A DNA stretch of 63,976 bases, counting the filler, from Thraustochytrium aureum (taxonomy: Eukaryota), in assembly GCA_012862495.1 (NCBI GenBank). It is 8 parts of 5 records of this genome, joined end to end, with 100 filler letters (N's around TTAATTAATTAA, not from the genome) between each part and the next. Parts side by side here need not be neighbours in the genome. Positions count along the whole stretch, not along the records: positions 18,919 to 41,476 come from BLSG01000217.1; positions 41,577 to 48,996 come from BLSG01000217.1; 6 more parts are not named here. The stretch is one strand, 5' to 3'. Made by a program: the position numbers and the translations under genes. Of this stretch, positions 35,440-47,183 are shown piece by piece. The notes under the pieces are model-generated. The model saw nothing but the letters and a program-made list of their open reading frames with translations, was not told the DNA's origin and made no database searches. Numbering within the stretch: the stretch's first letter is position 1; the number at the start of each line of letters is the position of its first letter.

Positions 35440-36707
35440 TCAATGCGCTGTCGGATCGACACCAAGCTCGTCTATCAAGACCTCCTCGGTGATCCCAGAA
35501 TCGATGCTCTCAATGACGCGCCGAACCGTGTTGATGTCGTTTGCTATCTTCTTGTCTTCGCGCACCCGATGAAACTTCCAGCCAGGACCAGGCATCTTGC
35601 GCCCCTCGGACCACGGCATGTTCTGCCCTGGAGGGGGCTCGTAGCTCGGCCAATCGTCGCCCATGACGCACTCGACAATGACCGAGTTGCCGCGGTACTT
35701 TTGCTTTAGCATCTCCTGCCCTTCGTCGTCGATGTACATGTACCCGAAGAACTCTGGCGTGCCCCGGCGCGCTGCAAATATGTCGCAGTAGCGAAACTCG
35801 TTCTCCCCGTTGTCAGCAAGCGCCCACCGCGCCTTGACCTCAAAGTCGACCGAGTTGAGGCTCCGCGGCTTCCACTTGAGGATATCCTCGCAGGTGCCAA
35901 TCTTGTACGGTTTGTCGTACCGAGTAAAGATGAGGCCGTCGTTCTCGTGAGGCAAGTTGTTGGTAATGACGCGCTCCAAGACGAACGCGACGTCCTGTTT
36001 ACGGTACATCTGTTTCAGCGTGAGCACGCAAGGCGGAACCTCGTCAGTGTCCGGCAGAAACTGGCGCGCAAGGTGCACGACCTCGCCCTGCGCGACCCGA
36101 AGGCGGTCAAACAGGTCCAGGTTGCCCACGAACTGGCCTTTGATGCTCAGCGAATCAAATATGAGAAAGGTCGACTGGAAGCGCCGTGGGGGAGGGGCGC
36201 CTGGGAGCCCGCTCCGGTGTCCGCGCCGTCTTGCCTCTCCGGGGGGAATACCTCGTCCCGCACGAGCTCTCCGTCCAAGAGTGTCCCATCTAGAGCGTTG
36301 AGGACGTGCTCGCCGAGGTACGCGTCGAGAGTGGGCGCCGTGATGAACTCAAACTTGCGGTTCACAAAAAAGCAGCTCCCGTGCCGACCGCCCAAGAACC
36401 TCGCCCAGGATGTGGGCGGGTTGCGCACCACGAACGTCGTCTTGTAGATCAGCATGAGATACCGCACGCCGTCGCTCTTCTCGCACACCAAAAAGTCGCT
36501 GTTCTTCAAGGTGCTCATATGCTGCCGAAGCAGCGAGACCGGCTGCGACCCTGGAAACCGATGAAAACTCTCCGAATTCTTCCCAGCGAGCCTCACGCAC
36601 TCTTGCTTGAGCGCCCGAACCAGGTTCTTATCCGTCACAATCTCGCCGGGATTCTCCGGATCGAGTGGCTGCCCGGCCACCACATTCTGCGCGCCAAACG
36701 TGTTCAT
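35440..36707 (-). CDS. mRNA capping enzyme, guanylyltransferase (Ceg1-like), one frameshift near 36190
   Basis: FPGSQPVSL, motif I CEKSDGVRY, TLLDGELV, FLIFD, HENDGLIFT, ILKWKP..LNSVDF, IVEC, WKFHRVREDKKIAN. Confidence 0.95.
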
Positions 36708-36741
36708 CGCAGACAGACCAAGCAAAAACCTCAGGCCGTTT

Positions 36742-36785
36742 CCACCACCACCACGACAACAACAACAACCACAACGACGACGACA
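36742..36785. repeat. Compound (ACC/ACA/ACG)n trinucleotide tract
   Basis: ccaccaccaccacgacaacaacaacaaccacaacgacgacgacag, just upstream of the capping-enzyme ATG. Confidence 0.85.
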
Positions 36786-37660
36786 GAACCAACGCCAACC
36801 GCCCCGTGCCCGGCAGCCTTCCTGCCCGTGCGCGCGCGCGCCACCGCCTCTTCCTGCCCTCGTTCGGTGTCTGGCAGCTCCTGCGCAGCAGAGCCCTATC
36901 CATCGTCCCTCCATCCCCTCTTCCCTCCATCCGTCGCTCCATCCTCCCTCCAACCGCGTCGCGCGCGAGGCGCAGGCGACGGACCTCGCGCTGCGGGGCG
37001 CACCAGACGCGCTTCGTGCCGCGGGCGCACCAGGAGCGCGAGCTGGCCGAGGCGGGGTAGACGAGGAGATAGATAGTGGCGCGGACCTCCTCGAGGAGGT
37101 AGAGTACCTGCTGGAGGCCTTCCGCCGCTCGGGTACGGCGGTCCTTGCTCTGCATCCTCGGCCGCGGCAGGACGTGCTCGATCGCGTGCTCGAGGCGGGC
37201 CGGGCGCAGTTCTGGTGGGTTGGCTTGNNNNNNNNNNNNNNNNNNNNNNNNNNNNNNNNNNNNNNNNNNNNNNNNNNNNNNNNNNNNNNNNNNNNNNNNN
37301 NNNNNNNNNNNNNNNNNNNNNNNNNNNNNNNNNNNNNNNNNNNNNNNNNNNNNNNNNNNNNNNNNNNNNNNNNNNNNNNNNNNNNNNNNNNNNNNNNNNN
37401 NNNNNNNNNNNNNNNNNNNNNNNNNNNNNNNNNNNNNNNNNNNNNNNNNNNNNNNNNNNNNNNNNNNNNNNNNTTGCGGCCGGCCGGCCAGCGGGCGGGC
37501 GGGTGTGGCGCCTCGCAGGTCGAGCTCGCCTTTCCGTTGGTCGATCGACCAGGGCGTCGGCGCGCTTCGAAGGCGGACGTGCGTTGCGGCGGCGTTGCGA
37601 GGGCTTGTCAAGGTGGAGGCGACGGCAGTGAACCGGACGGCCGGGAACGCGACAGGGCTC

Positions 37661-38811
37661 ATGGACGATGAGTTCGATGTGGAATTGGACCTGGCGACCG
37701 GGCTGGCGCCGCCTCCGGTCGGCAAGTGGACGTCGCTGTTTCAACTGAGTGTTCTCTGCGCGGCTATGCTTGTTGGCGCGTTCGGGGCCGGGATTGTGCC
37801 GCTGTATGCGACGCTCAGTCAGCGGCAGCTAAACATGTTTAACGCCGTAGGCGCTGGGTTGCTGTTGGGCACCGCGCTGGCCGTCATTTTGCCGGAAGGA
37901 ATACACGAGCTCTACAGCACGGAAGGCGAGCACGGCGCTGGCTCGGAACACGAGGGCGCGGACGATGCCGCACTGAACGGCCACTTTCACGCTGGCGAGC
38001 ACGCCGCGCACGGCGAGAACCACGAGCACGGGCTCTTCACAAACGAGTCGCTCGTGGGAATCGCCCTGGTGACCGGCTTCCTTTTCATGATGTTTGTCGA
38101 TCATGCTGCTTCCTTGCGGTGGCCTGCACGGTCACGGGCATTCGCACGGTCACGAACATGGAGGATCGCGCGCGACGGCCGACCGGGGAGATCTCTCGGA
38201 TTTGGGACTGCATCCCGACCCTTCTGATCATCAGGACGCCGAGGCAGAGCTTTCGCATCTGAACCCGAGCCACGGCGGCGTTGAAATGAGCTCGATGGGC
38301 GCACGCGATATCGAAGGGCGCCCCGGCGGATCATCTCCAACCCCCGTGTCGCAGGGTTTACCAGGGAGCGCGCCGACTGGGCCGGAACCGAACGCGCCAT
38401 CACACCTTTTCGCTCAGCCTCACGCTGTGGATTCCAAGAAAAAGCGGTCGACCATGACCCTGGGCCTTCTCGTGCATGCGGCCGCTGACGGCCTCGCTCT
38501 CGGGGCTGCCAAGGCCTCGTCATCGGCGGGATCGTTGCGCCATGTCGAACTTGTCGTGTTCTTCGCGATCATGATGCACAAGGTGCCGGCCGCATTCGCC
38601 TTGACGGTTTACCTGCGCAACTCTGGGCTTGACACCGCAGGAATTCGGCGCAATCTGTTCTGGTTTGCGCTCGCGGCTCCGCTTGGGGCGCTTTTGACGT
38701 TTGTGCTGCTGCACCGCGGGTTCGTGGGCCTCGGGACGGTGAGCGAGTCGGTCGTGGCGTTCGGACTCCTCTTTTCTGGCGGCACCTTTATCTACGTCGC
38801 GCTGGTCCACG
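37661..38811 (+). CDS. ZIP-family zinc transporter (ZIP9/SLC39A9-like), frameshift near 38110, 3' end in gap
   Basis: GAGLLLGTALAVILPEG, His-rich loops (HGHGHSHGHEH), TLGLLVHAAADGLALGAA, VFFAIMMHKVPAAF, LLFSGGTFIYVALVH. The start may lie further upstream. Confidence 0.93.
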
Positions 38812-39561
38812 NNNNNNNNNNNNNNNNNNNNNNNNNNNNNNNNNNNNNNNNNNNNNNNNNNNNNNNNNNNNNNNNNNNNNNNNNNNNNNNNNNNNNNNNN
38901 NNNNNNNNNNNNNNNNNNNNNNNNNNNNNNNNNNNNNNNNNNNNNNNNNNNNNNNNNNNNNNNNNNNNNNNNNNNNNNNNNNNNNNNNNNNNNNNNNNNN
39001 NNNNNNNNNNNNNNNNNNNNNNNNNNNNNNNNNNNNNNNNNNNNNNNNNNNNNNNNNNNNNNNNNNNNNNNNNNNNNNNNNNNNNNNNNNNNNNNNNNNN
39101 NNNNNNNNNNNNNNNNNNNNNNNNNNNNNNNNNNNNNNNNNNNNNNNNNNNNNNNNNNNNNNNNNNNNNNNNNNNNNNNNNNNNNNNNNNNNNNNNNNNN
39201 NNNNNNNNNNNNNNNNNNNNNNNNNNNNNNNNNNNNNNNNNNNNNNNNNNNNNNNNNNNNNNNNNNNNNNNNNNNNNNNNNNNNNNNNNNNNNNNNNNNN
39301 NNNNNNNNNNNNNNNNNNNNNNNNNNNNNNNNNNNNNNNNNNNNNNNNNNNNNNNNNNNNNNNNNNNNNNNNNNNNNNNNNNNNNNNNNNNNNNNNNNNN
39401 NNNNNNNNNNNNNNNNNNNNNNNNNNNNNNNNNNNNNNNNNNNNNNNNNNNNNNNNNNNNNNNNNNNNNNNNNNNNNNNNNNNNNNNNNNNNNNNNNNNN
39501 NNNNNNNNNNNNNNNNNNNNNNNNNNNNNNNNNNNNNNNNNNNNNNNNNNNNNNNNNNNNN

Positions 39562-39687
39562 CACCTCTTTCGCGCTGCGTAGCGCCTCCCCTGCCTCTGC
39601 AGCCCTCTTGCCGCTGCCTCCCGGCCTTCACGACCGGCACTTGCTCGGCTTCGACGCGAGCGTCTTCGCCGCCATTCTCACCACTGC

Positions 39688-39732
<45 letters not shown>

Positions 39733-39760
39733 CGGCACGCGAACGCGCTGGCTTGGCCAT
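39562..39760 (-). CDS. 5' fragment of an uncharacterised protein with poly-Ser encoded by an (AGC)n repeat
   Basis: MAKPARSRAESSSSSSSSSSSSSSGSGENGGEDARVEAEQVPVVK, running into the gap. Confidence 0.4.
39689..39730. repeat. (CTG)n microsatellite
   Basis: About 14 perfect gct/ctg units. Confidence 0.95.
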
Positions 39761-40184
39761 GGCTCTCGCGCGATTCCAACGGCGTCGAGGCTGGCGTCCT
39801 GGATGGATGCGCGTCAAGTTGCGTCAAGGGTGTCTGCCTTCGATCGTTCACATTTCGAAGCGCGCAAAACCACCCGCTCGCCCAACGCTCGCCTGTTTTT
39901 TCNGCCAAGTACCCGAGATCGATGTTGATGCGCTCGGGACAGCCGGCGATCGTCGCCTCCGCTGGCGCAGCGCGCCGACCTGCTGCTCTGGACCACGCGG
40001 CTTGACTTGCCCGATGCGACGGTGCACGGAGGCGCTCCTTGGCCGAGAAGGCTGGAGGCTTCGGGAGCGTGCCCTCGTTTGATCAAGATCAATCAAGAAA
40101 ATGTGCTATCTGTTTTGTGCTTGCTGGAAATGGACGACGGGCTGCACGCGGCTGGATGGAGCGCGCAGGGCGCAGGGCGCAGGG

Positions 40185-40934
40185 CTAGGCCTTGGCCTGC
40201 GTGAGCCGGACGGGCGGCACGTACGTGCGCTTTGCGTCTTCTGCAACGCGCACCGCGCCGCTATCTGCGAAAAACCACTCGCGGTGGTATGCGCGCTTCC
40301 TGCACGAGAAAGCAAAGTAACCTGGATCGCACGGGACACGGATAGAGTCTACGCTCCACTCGAATTCTGGCCGCATCATGTGCGGAAAGCGGCAGTCCCG
40401 CGGTGCGCCAGAAATGGAAACAAAGTACCCGTTTGGCCGCAAGACCCTCGAGATCTCCGCGAGCGCCCTGCCAGCCTTTCGAGCCCCGCCCAGCGTACAG
40501 AACAGCGCGTCGAGTGTGCCCTTGTCGAGCACAAAGTCGAAAGAGGCGTCTGGAAACGCACTCATATCCTCGCAGTCCATGCACAAGTGCTGGACGCCGT
40601 GAAGGTGCTTGTCCCGCTCCCTGGCCTTCTCTACGGCCGCAATGCTGACGTCTACATTCGTTATGTTGGTCCATCCTTTGCGCCAGAGGCCGTCCGCCAG
40701 TCCGGACAGCCCGCACCCAATATGCAGCACTCTATCGTCGCGTTTGTCTTCGCACATGTACAAGCTTAGCACCGGCCAGACCTCGTCAAACTCGGCGTAC
40801 CACTCGCATCTGTCGCGTTTCTTGCCATGCTCGCGCTCCCAGAACACCTTGCTGCCATACGGCTCCATCGCCGCGCGCCCCAGCCCGCTCTGCGACTGGC
40901 CGAGCCGATCATCGACGACGACCAAGCCATCCAT
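40185..40934 (-). CDS. Class I SAM-dependent methyltransferase (EEF1AKMT4/METTL13-N-like)
   Basis: YGSKVFWE...EWYAEF...RVLHIGCGLSGLA...ITNVDVS...MDCEDMSAFPDASFDFVLDKGTLDAL...EISRVLRPNG. Confidence 0.88.
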   Translation of the reverse strand: MDGLVVVDDRLGQSQSGLGRAAMEPYGSKVFWEREHGKKRDRCEWYAEFDEVWPVLSLYMCEDKRDDRVLHIGCGLSGLADGLWRKGWTNITNVDVSIAAVEKARERDKHLHGVQHLCMDCEDMSAFPDASFDFVLDKGTLDALFCTLGGARKAGRALAEISRVLRPNGYFVSISGAPRDCRFPHMMRPEFEWSVDSIRVPCDPGYFAFSCRKRAYHREWFFADSGAVRVAEDAKRTYVPPVRLTQAKA

Positions 40935-41258
40935 CGATGCGCGGCACCGCCTCCGTCCGACTCCAACGCTGCTCCTATCCGTTAGACGAGCGGACGGTGA
41001 CGAGAGGCCAAGTGCTGCCTGGGTAGGACATTTTTGGCGGGCTTTTGCGCCATTCGGCTCGCGGATGTGGGCGCAGAGACCCGCCCAGGCGGCCCACGAA
41101 GTCGAGCCAGACTCGGACTCGGCTCGTTGCCGACGGCCGCGTCGACCTGCTCTTCGCGGCCCTGGCGGCGGCCCACGCGAACGAGCACAGACCCGACTGT
41201 GCGACGACGGACGCCCGCTTCACGGACGCGGTCTTTACGTTTGAAAGAAAACTCACCT

Positions 41259-41476
41259 ATGGCTGCCCTCCATGTCACCGCTCGAGCCGCCCGAGGGCTG
41301 TGGGGGCGCAAGACGCTCGTCGTGGTGCTTGTGGGCGTTCTGCTGACGAGGTTTTCGCAGAGGTTTAGGCGAGCGGTGGTCCTGGCGGTGCTGCGCACAG
41401 AGCTCGGCTGCTTGGCTGCGCTCAAGGTGGCGCGGGCGCTGCTTGGGCACGTGTTTCCGCCGCTCTTGGTCAAGTG
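41259..41476 (+). CDS. 5' fragment of an uncharacterised membrane or targeted protein (truncated by scaffold end)
   Basis: ATG after an A-rich leader, then MAALHVTARAARGLWGRKTLVVVLVGVLLTRFSQ, open to the gap. Divergent from the methyltransferase. Confidence 0.4.
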
Positions 41477-41520
41477 NNNNNNNNNNNNNNNNNNNNNNNN
41501 NNNNNNNNNNNNNNNNNNNN

Positions 41521-41532
41521 TTAATTAATTAA
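41521..41532. other. Artificial scaffold-joining spacer TTAATTAATTAA
   Basis: Same 12-mer flanked by Ns. Confidence 0.97.
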
Positions 41533-41576
41533 NNNNNNNNNNNNNNNNNNNNNNNNNNNNNNNNNNNNNNNNNNNN

Positions 41577-41988
41577 CCCAATCACCGCCCACAGCGACGT
41601 GGTCAGGTTTGAGGACGCCTGCTCGGGGCTCAGCAGCGCTGTCTCGTCCTCGCCAACGAGGCGCTCCTTCTTCTTGGTCCACGCGTTGGCGAACTTTGTG
41701 GAGATCAAGCTTGTGTGGTCCATATTTGGCAGGTCCCACAGGTCGCTCTGCTCCAGCTCGCGTCCCTCCTTCTTGCGCTTCCTCTGTGCGAGCCGGAAAA
41801 TGGACGTCACCCACATGAAGAGCACCCAGCTCACGGGGCCGGCGCGATCCTCTGGCGACGGATTTGCCGTCTGTCGCGCGGCGGCGGCCTTCAATTCGCT
41901 CATGTGCGCCGCGTTCTCCAAGTCGAGGACCTCGTCTTCCGCAGTCGCAGCGCCGCTCGTTTCCGCGTGCGCGACAGAGGGGCGCCAT
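41577..41988 (-). CDS. ABC transporter subfamily C (MRP-like), N-terminal lasso region only
   Basis: PSPEDRAGPVSWVLFMWVTSIFRLAQRK...ELEQSDLWDLPNMDHTSLISTKFANAW matches the ABCC L0/lasso motif. Truncated by the scaffold end. Confidence 0.82.
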
Positions 41989-41991
41989 GGC

Positions 41992-41992
41992 G

Positions 41993-42025
<33 letters not shown>
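41992..42025. repeat. (GGCT)n tetranucleotide microsatellite
   Basis: About 8 ggct units immediately upstream of the ABCC start codon. Confidence 0.92.
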
Positions 42026-42028
<3 letters not shown>

Positions 42029-43252
42029 ACGACGGAGCAGGCAGAGAGCAAGCTGGCCGTGGTAGGCCGGCGCTCGTCACTCCAAGCTGGTCGATCACGA
42101 GCGCGGGTCTGTCGCGGGGTTGCGGGTCTGCCTGCTCGCCGCCAGCGCTGGACCAGTCGGGTTGGCCGCTCCAGCAATCACAAATCGGCGAGGTACTGTG
42201 GCAGGACCGGAACCCGACTGGTGTTTGAGAGGCGCAGCGCTGTTTGATTTGATCACCACTCTCCACGCTGCCGGCCTGCCACCTTGAGCGGCAGCAGAGC
42301 AAATCCGACGTGCACTCTCTCCAGCTGACTGCAAGCGAAAGCGACACCGTCCTCCACTCGTGGCGGCACGGGAAGCGGAGCCAAGGCACAATTGCCCGCT
42401 AGCGACTCTTCGTCGTCTCCCGGGGCGTGGCGTTCACCGTATAAGCTTTGCGTTTTACCCGGCGCGGCACAAATGAAAGCCTGGGCTTTGGTCGACCTCA
42501 GTACAATGCCCTACCCCGCGACAGCGCGTACAAGCTTTTGGAGTTGAGCTCAATCAATCAAACTGCTCGTCGAATCGAGAGTTGGCGGGCAAGGCAGCGC
42601 ACTACCTCTTTCAAATGGTGGCGGGCACAAATCGTGCGCCTCATCAAGCGAGCAGCACGGCAAAGCCGCGCTCGCGAACAGGCGGAGAAGGATTCGCCAG
42701 AAACACTGGTGGTCGGGCGCACTCTTACAACACCCCGAAGTACCGGTAGACCGGGAGGAAGCAGAAAGGAACAGACTCCACCAGACTGTGATGAGCGCGC
42801 TCCACTGCAAAAGGCGCAGGGAAACAAAGGACCTCCCATCAAGAATGCAATCCATCCCCCGACTCGATTCGCCCACAGCCCAACTCTTGATCAAGAGAGA
42901 CTTGGCAGTGGTTCTTCCAAAGCGGCCTTCAACCCAGGTTTGGCCACCCGCCGAGCGCAACCGAGTCACGCGCGTGCACCGTCGACATCGGTTCGGAAGC
43001 CGGGCAGCCCGATTGATCGACGAGGCCGGAAGCCCGCCCCAATGCCCCGACGACCAGGGGAGTTGCAACCTGTCCAACGACAGAACGCACCGCCAAGACG
43101 CGGTTGTGGATCAGCCTCTGAGCGCGCGAAGGCCAGCCATGTCTCCTTGCGTTGGACGCGCAAAGAGTCGTCGCCCCACGCTCGTTCGGCCTGCGGCGCC
43201 AACTTGCGAGGAGAGGAAACTGAGAAAGCGATTTTTAGAGAACACGCGGCGG

Positions 43253-44090
43253 CTAAGCTGCCTTCGGCTTTGGCGGAGCGATCACCCACGACAAAACGTA
43301 GTCCATCATCCGCTTACACATGCCTGCCGCAACGACTTGCTCCGATCGCGCGTCGCTCGAAGCCTCAGCCTCTGCCGCGCTCTCCGCGCGGGGTCCGGAC
43401 TTGGCGCCCCGCGCAAGTTTGCCTTCCCAAAGCTGACGGCTGTGGCGCTTTTCCTCGCGGATCTCCTCGGTAACCGAAACGAGCGCCTTGCGGATGAGCT
43501 TGTCGCCTGGCTCGAGGCGGGCCGCGGCTGCCAGGTCGGCGCGCGCCTTGTCCAGGTTTTGCACCCTCATGTAGGCCTGGCCGCGCCTGAAGAAAGCCTT
43601 GGCGTTGTTGGCGTCCACCTTGATCACGTCCGAGCAACACTCGATCGCTTTGCGCGTCTTGTTGAGCTTGAGCCAACATGCGGCCGCGTTCAAGAGGAGC
43701 GGCACGCGCGCCGCGTCCACCTGCGCGCGATGTTGGTCCATGAGCTCAAAGTTGTATTGCATCTCGTCAAACTCTGCGTGGTATAGGCCCTTCGAATAGA
43801 GCGCGCTTGCGCCTGCCCAGTCGCCTGCGCGGAAGAGCTCGTTGCCCTCTTGCTTGTACTTGGCAGCCGTCTCCAGGCGTGTCTCGAACACGGCGGACCG
43901 CTCCTCGCGCACCGCCTCGGCGTCCTCCTCGTCCTCCTCGCCGTCCGAGCCTTCGCCTGCCGAGTCGCCCGAGTCGTACTCTGAGCCCCCCGAGCTGGCG
44001 TCTTCGCGCTCAAAGTACGTTATTGGCACAGGTTCCCTATCCGTCGCAGCCGTGCGAGCCGGCACCTTCCCGGCGGCCCCCGTCGCGAGC
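43253..44090 (-). CDS. TPR protein with an FKBP/cyclophilin-40-type three-TPR co-chaperone domain (5' end in gap)
   Basis: AAKYKQEGNELFRAGDW...LLLNAAACWLKL...AIECCSDVIKVDANNAKAFFRRGQAY...ARADLAAAARLEPGDKLI, with carboxylate-clamp-type K/N/N/K/R residues. Confidence 0.88.
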
Positions 44091-44979
44091 NNNNNNNNNN
44101 NNNNNNNNNNNNNNNNNNNNNNNNNNNNNNNNNNNNNNNNNNNNNNNNNNNNNNNNNNNNNNNNNNNNNNNNNNNNNNNNNNNNNNNNNNNNNNNNNNNN
44201 NNNNNNNNNNNNNNNNNNNNNNNNNNNNNNNNNNNNNNNNNNNNNNNNNNNNNNNNNNNNNNNNNNNNNNNNNNNNNNNNNNNNNNNNNNNNNNNNNNNN
44301 NNNNNNNNNNNNNNNNNNNNNNNNNNNNNNNNNNNNNNNNNNNNNNNNNNNNNNNNNNNNNNNNNNNNNNNNNNNNNNNNNNNNNNNNNNNNNNNNNNNN
44401 NNNNNNNNNNNNNNNNNNNNNNNNNNNNNNNNNNNNNNNNNNNNNNNNNNNNNNNNNNNNNNNNNNNNNNNNNNNNNNNNNNNNNNNNNNNNNNNNNNNN
44501 NNNNNNNNNNNNNNNNNNNNNNNNNNNNNNNNNNNNNNNNNNNNNNNNNNNNNNNNNNNNNNNNNNNNNNNNNNNNNNNNNNNNNNNNNNNNNNNNNNNN
44601 NNNNNNNNNNNNNNNNNNNNNNNNNNNNNNNNNNNNNNNNNNNNNNNNNNNNNNNNNNNNNNNNNNNNNNNNNNNNNNNNNNNNNNNNNNNNNNNNNNNN
44701 NNNNNNNNNNNNNNNNNNNNNNNNNNNNNNNNNNNNNNNNNNNNNNNNNNNNNCGGCGAGCGGACGGGAAGAGGAAGAGGAAGAGGGGCGGCTTGGTCCG
44801 GTGGGACGGGCTCTGCCTGTGCGCCGTCGTGGCTGTGGTCGGTCTCTCGGGCGACGGCGCCGGCCGGCTTCTGAAGGTTTGTGCGCTGCCGAGGGCCCTG
44901 CGTCAACGGCACTGCCTGTGCGCGCGTGTGCGTGCCGTCGACGCCAGAGCGGTCCGCAGGCTGCCGCTGCGAGGGGAGC

Positions 44980-46440
44980 ATGTCGGCCGCGCAGATTTCT
45001 GCCGATCTTGGGCCCGAGGAGACGGCCAGCGCCCTCGATGGCGCCGATGGGGTCGACGGGACCGCAGCGAAAACGGGCCGACGAAGAGCTGGGAGCAAGC
45101 GCGTGCCGGCAAAGCTGAGCGAGCCGGCCGAGCGTGCGCTGGTGAGGCGGCTGTCCTCGTCGAGACGCAACTCGCGCGTCCACTTGACTTCGGATCTGGA
45201 CGAAGTGAGCGGGATCAACCCCTTCCAGACCGACGAAAACATGAGCGCGTCGGAGACTCTCAAGCTGTACGGACTCGGGCTCATCCTTGTGCCCCTTCGG
45301 CTGGTCATGTGTCTGCTGATTTGCTTGCTGGCAACGATCGCCGTCGCGCTGACGGTCGTGGGATGCGATGTCGACAAGCCGCTCAGCGCGTGGCGCATGC
45401 GCGCGCAGCGCGGCGTCGCGTTCGTGGCGGGCCGTGCGTTGTGCGCGTGCTGCGGAATCTACAGGATCCGAATCGAAGGCGAGCAAGCGCCTGCTAGCGT
45501 CTGCCGGATGCTGGTCGTCGCGCCGCACTCGACCTGCATGGACGCCTTTGTGGTGGCGGCCGCCATGGGCGGCCCGAGCGGCGTCGGCAAGGCCGAGCTT
45601 CGGCACTCCGTCCTGGGGCTGTACCTTCGCGCCATACAGACTATATTTGTGGATCGCGAGGACAAGGACAACCGCTCTCGCGTTGCGGCACAGATCAGGG
45701 AGCGGTCAAAACTCGACAGCGAATGGCGGCGCCAGATGGCCATCTTTCCGGAGGGGACCTGTACAAACCGCACGAGCCTGATCGCTTTCAAGAAGGGCGC
45801 CTTCGACACCGGCATGCCCGTCCAGCCGGTCACGCTGACCTGGCCCTTTGCAGGGTTTGATCCCTCGTGGACGGCGGGGTCGCCGAATCGCGCGCGCGTC
45901 GTTTTGCGCACGCTCGCGCAGGTTTATCAGAACGTGACTGTGCATTTCCTGCCGGTCTACGTCCCGAACGAGGAGGAGAAGACCAATTCGTCGCTGTATG
46001 CCTACTCGGTGCGCAAGGTGATGGCGCAGAGCCTAGGTGTGCCCACGACCGAGTTTTCCACCCCCGACATGTTTCTCGCCAAGGTGGCGGCTAAGCGCGG
46101 CCTTCAGCCCGCGCTCGCGCTTCCCTTCACCTTTGCCTCGCTCTGCAAGGCCACATCGGCGCTTGGCCTCAAGGAGGAGCTCCCGGACCTTGCCAAAACG
46201 CTGCTCATACGATTCAGCAAGGCTCCGGGGATGTCTCCTGAGGCGCGCATGTCGCGGGCCCAATTTGAAGCAGTTGCTGAGCAGGCCGCTGTGGATGCCA
46301 GCATCGCGCAGACCAAGCCTTTATCCTGGACCGCGGTGGCTGGTGAGGCGGCGCCGGACGGAACGATCACCTTCTACACGTTCCTTGTCGCCCACCTCCA
46401 GGCCAAGCATGCCCTTGGCGCGACCCCTGGTGCGCAGTAG
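44980..46440 (+). CDS. Lysophospholipid acyltransferase (LPCAT/LPEAT-like, PlsC fold)
   Basis: NPF motif and TM segment, HxxxxD (VAPHSTCMDAF), IFVDRED, IFPEGTCTNRTSLIAFKKGAF..GMPVQPV, FLPVYVPNEEEK. Degenerate EF-hand-like C-terminus. Confidence 0.92.
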   Translation: MSAAQISADLGPEETASALDGADGVDGTAAKTGRRRAGSKRVPAKLSEPAERALVRRLSSSRRNSRVHLTSDLDEVSGINPFQTDENMSASETLKLYGLGLILVPLRLVMCLLICLLATIAVALTVVGCDVDKPLSAWRMRAQRGVAFVAGRALCACCGIYRIRIEGEQAPASVCRMLVVAPHSTCMDAFVVAAAMGGPSGVGKAELRHSVLGLYLRAIQTIFVDREDKDNRSRVAAQIRERSKLDSEWRRQMAIFPEGTCTNRTSLIAFKKGAFDTGMPVQPVTLTWPFAGFDPSWTAGSPNRARVVLRTLAQVYQNVTVHFLPVYVPNEEEKTNSSLYAYSVRKVMAQSLGVPTTEFSTPDMFLAKVAAKRGLQPALALPFTFASLCKATSALGLKEELPDLAKTLLIRFSKAPGMSPEARMSRAQFEAVAEQAAVDASIAQTKPLSWTAVAGEAAPDGTITFYTFLVAHLQAKHALGATPGAQ

Positions 46441-47183
46441 TGCGCCTGCCTGCCTGCCTGCTTGGTTTTCTGTCTGCCTGGCTGCCGGTGCCCGACTGCG
46501 TTGGCCACGGCGCTGCACGTACATGACTTGCTATCGATGGAAATTGTTTTCTTGCTCAGCTGCGCAGACAAGACAGTCTTATCCGCGTGGGCGGCACTCT
46601 GCNNNNNNNNNNNNNNNNNNNNNNNNNNNNNNNNNNNNNNNNNNNNNNNNNNNNNNNNNNNNNNNNNNNNNNNNNNNNNNNNNNNNNNNNNNNNNNNNNN
46701 NNNNNNNNNNNNNNNNNNNNNNNNNNNNNNNNNNNNNNNNNNNNNNNNNNNNNNNNNNNNNNNNNNNNNNNNNNNNNNNNNNNNNNNNNNNNNNNNNNNN
46801 NNNNNNNNNNNNNNNNNNNNNNNNNNNNNNNNNNNNNNNNNNNNNNNNNNNNNNNNNNNNNNNNNNNNNNNNNNNNNNNNNNNNNNNNNNNNNNNNNNNN
46901 NNNNNNNNNNNNNNNNNNNNNNNNNNNNNNNNNNNNNNNNNNNNNNNNNNNNNNNNNNNNNNNNNNNNNNNNNNNNNNNNNNNNNNNNNNNNNNNNNNNN
47001 NNNNNNNNNNNNNNNNNNNNNNNNNNNNNNNNNNNNNNNNNNNNNNNNNNNNNNNNNNNNNNNNNNNNNNNNNNNNNNNNNNNNNNNNNNNNNNNNNNNN
47101 NNNNNNNNNNNNNNNNNNNNNNNNNNNNNNNNNNNNNNNNNNNNNNNNNNNNNNNNNNNNNNNNNNNNGGGGGCAGCAGGCGA

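Noticed and set aside
36954..37227. Coding-like stretch upstream of the capping enzyme (VDEEIDSGADLLEEVEYLLEAFRR on plus; open frames on minus)
   Set aside because: Short, bounded by a gap, strand ambiguous, and no family recognised.
42448..43473. 341-aa plus-strand ORF between the ABCC fragment and the TPR gene
   Set aside because: R/P/S-rich, non-ATG start, no domain, and overlaps the TPR gene antisense. Likely spurious.
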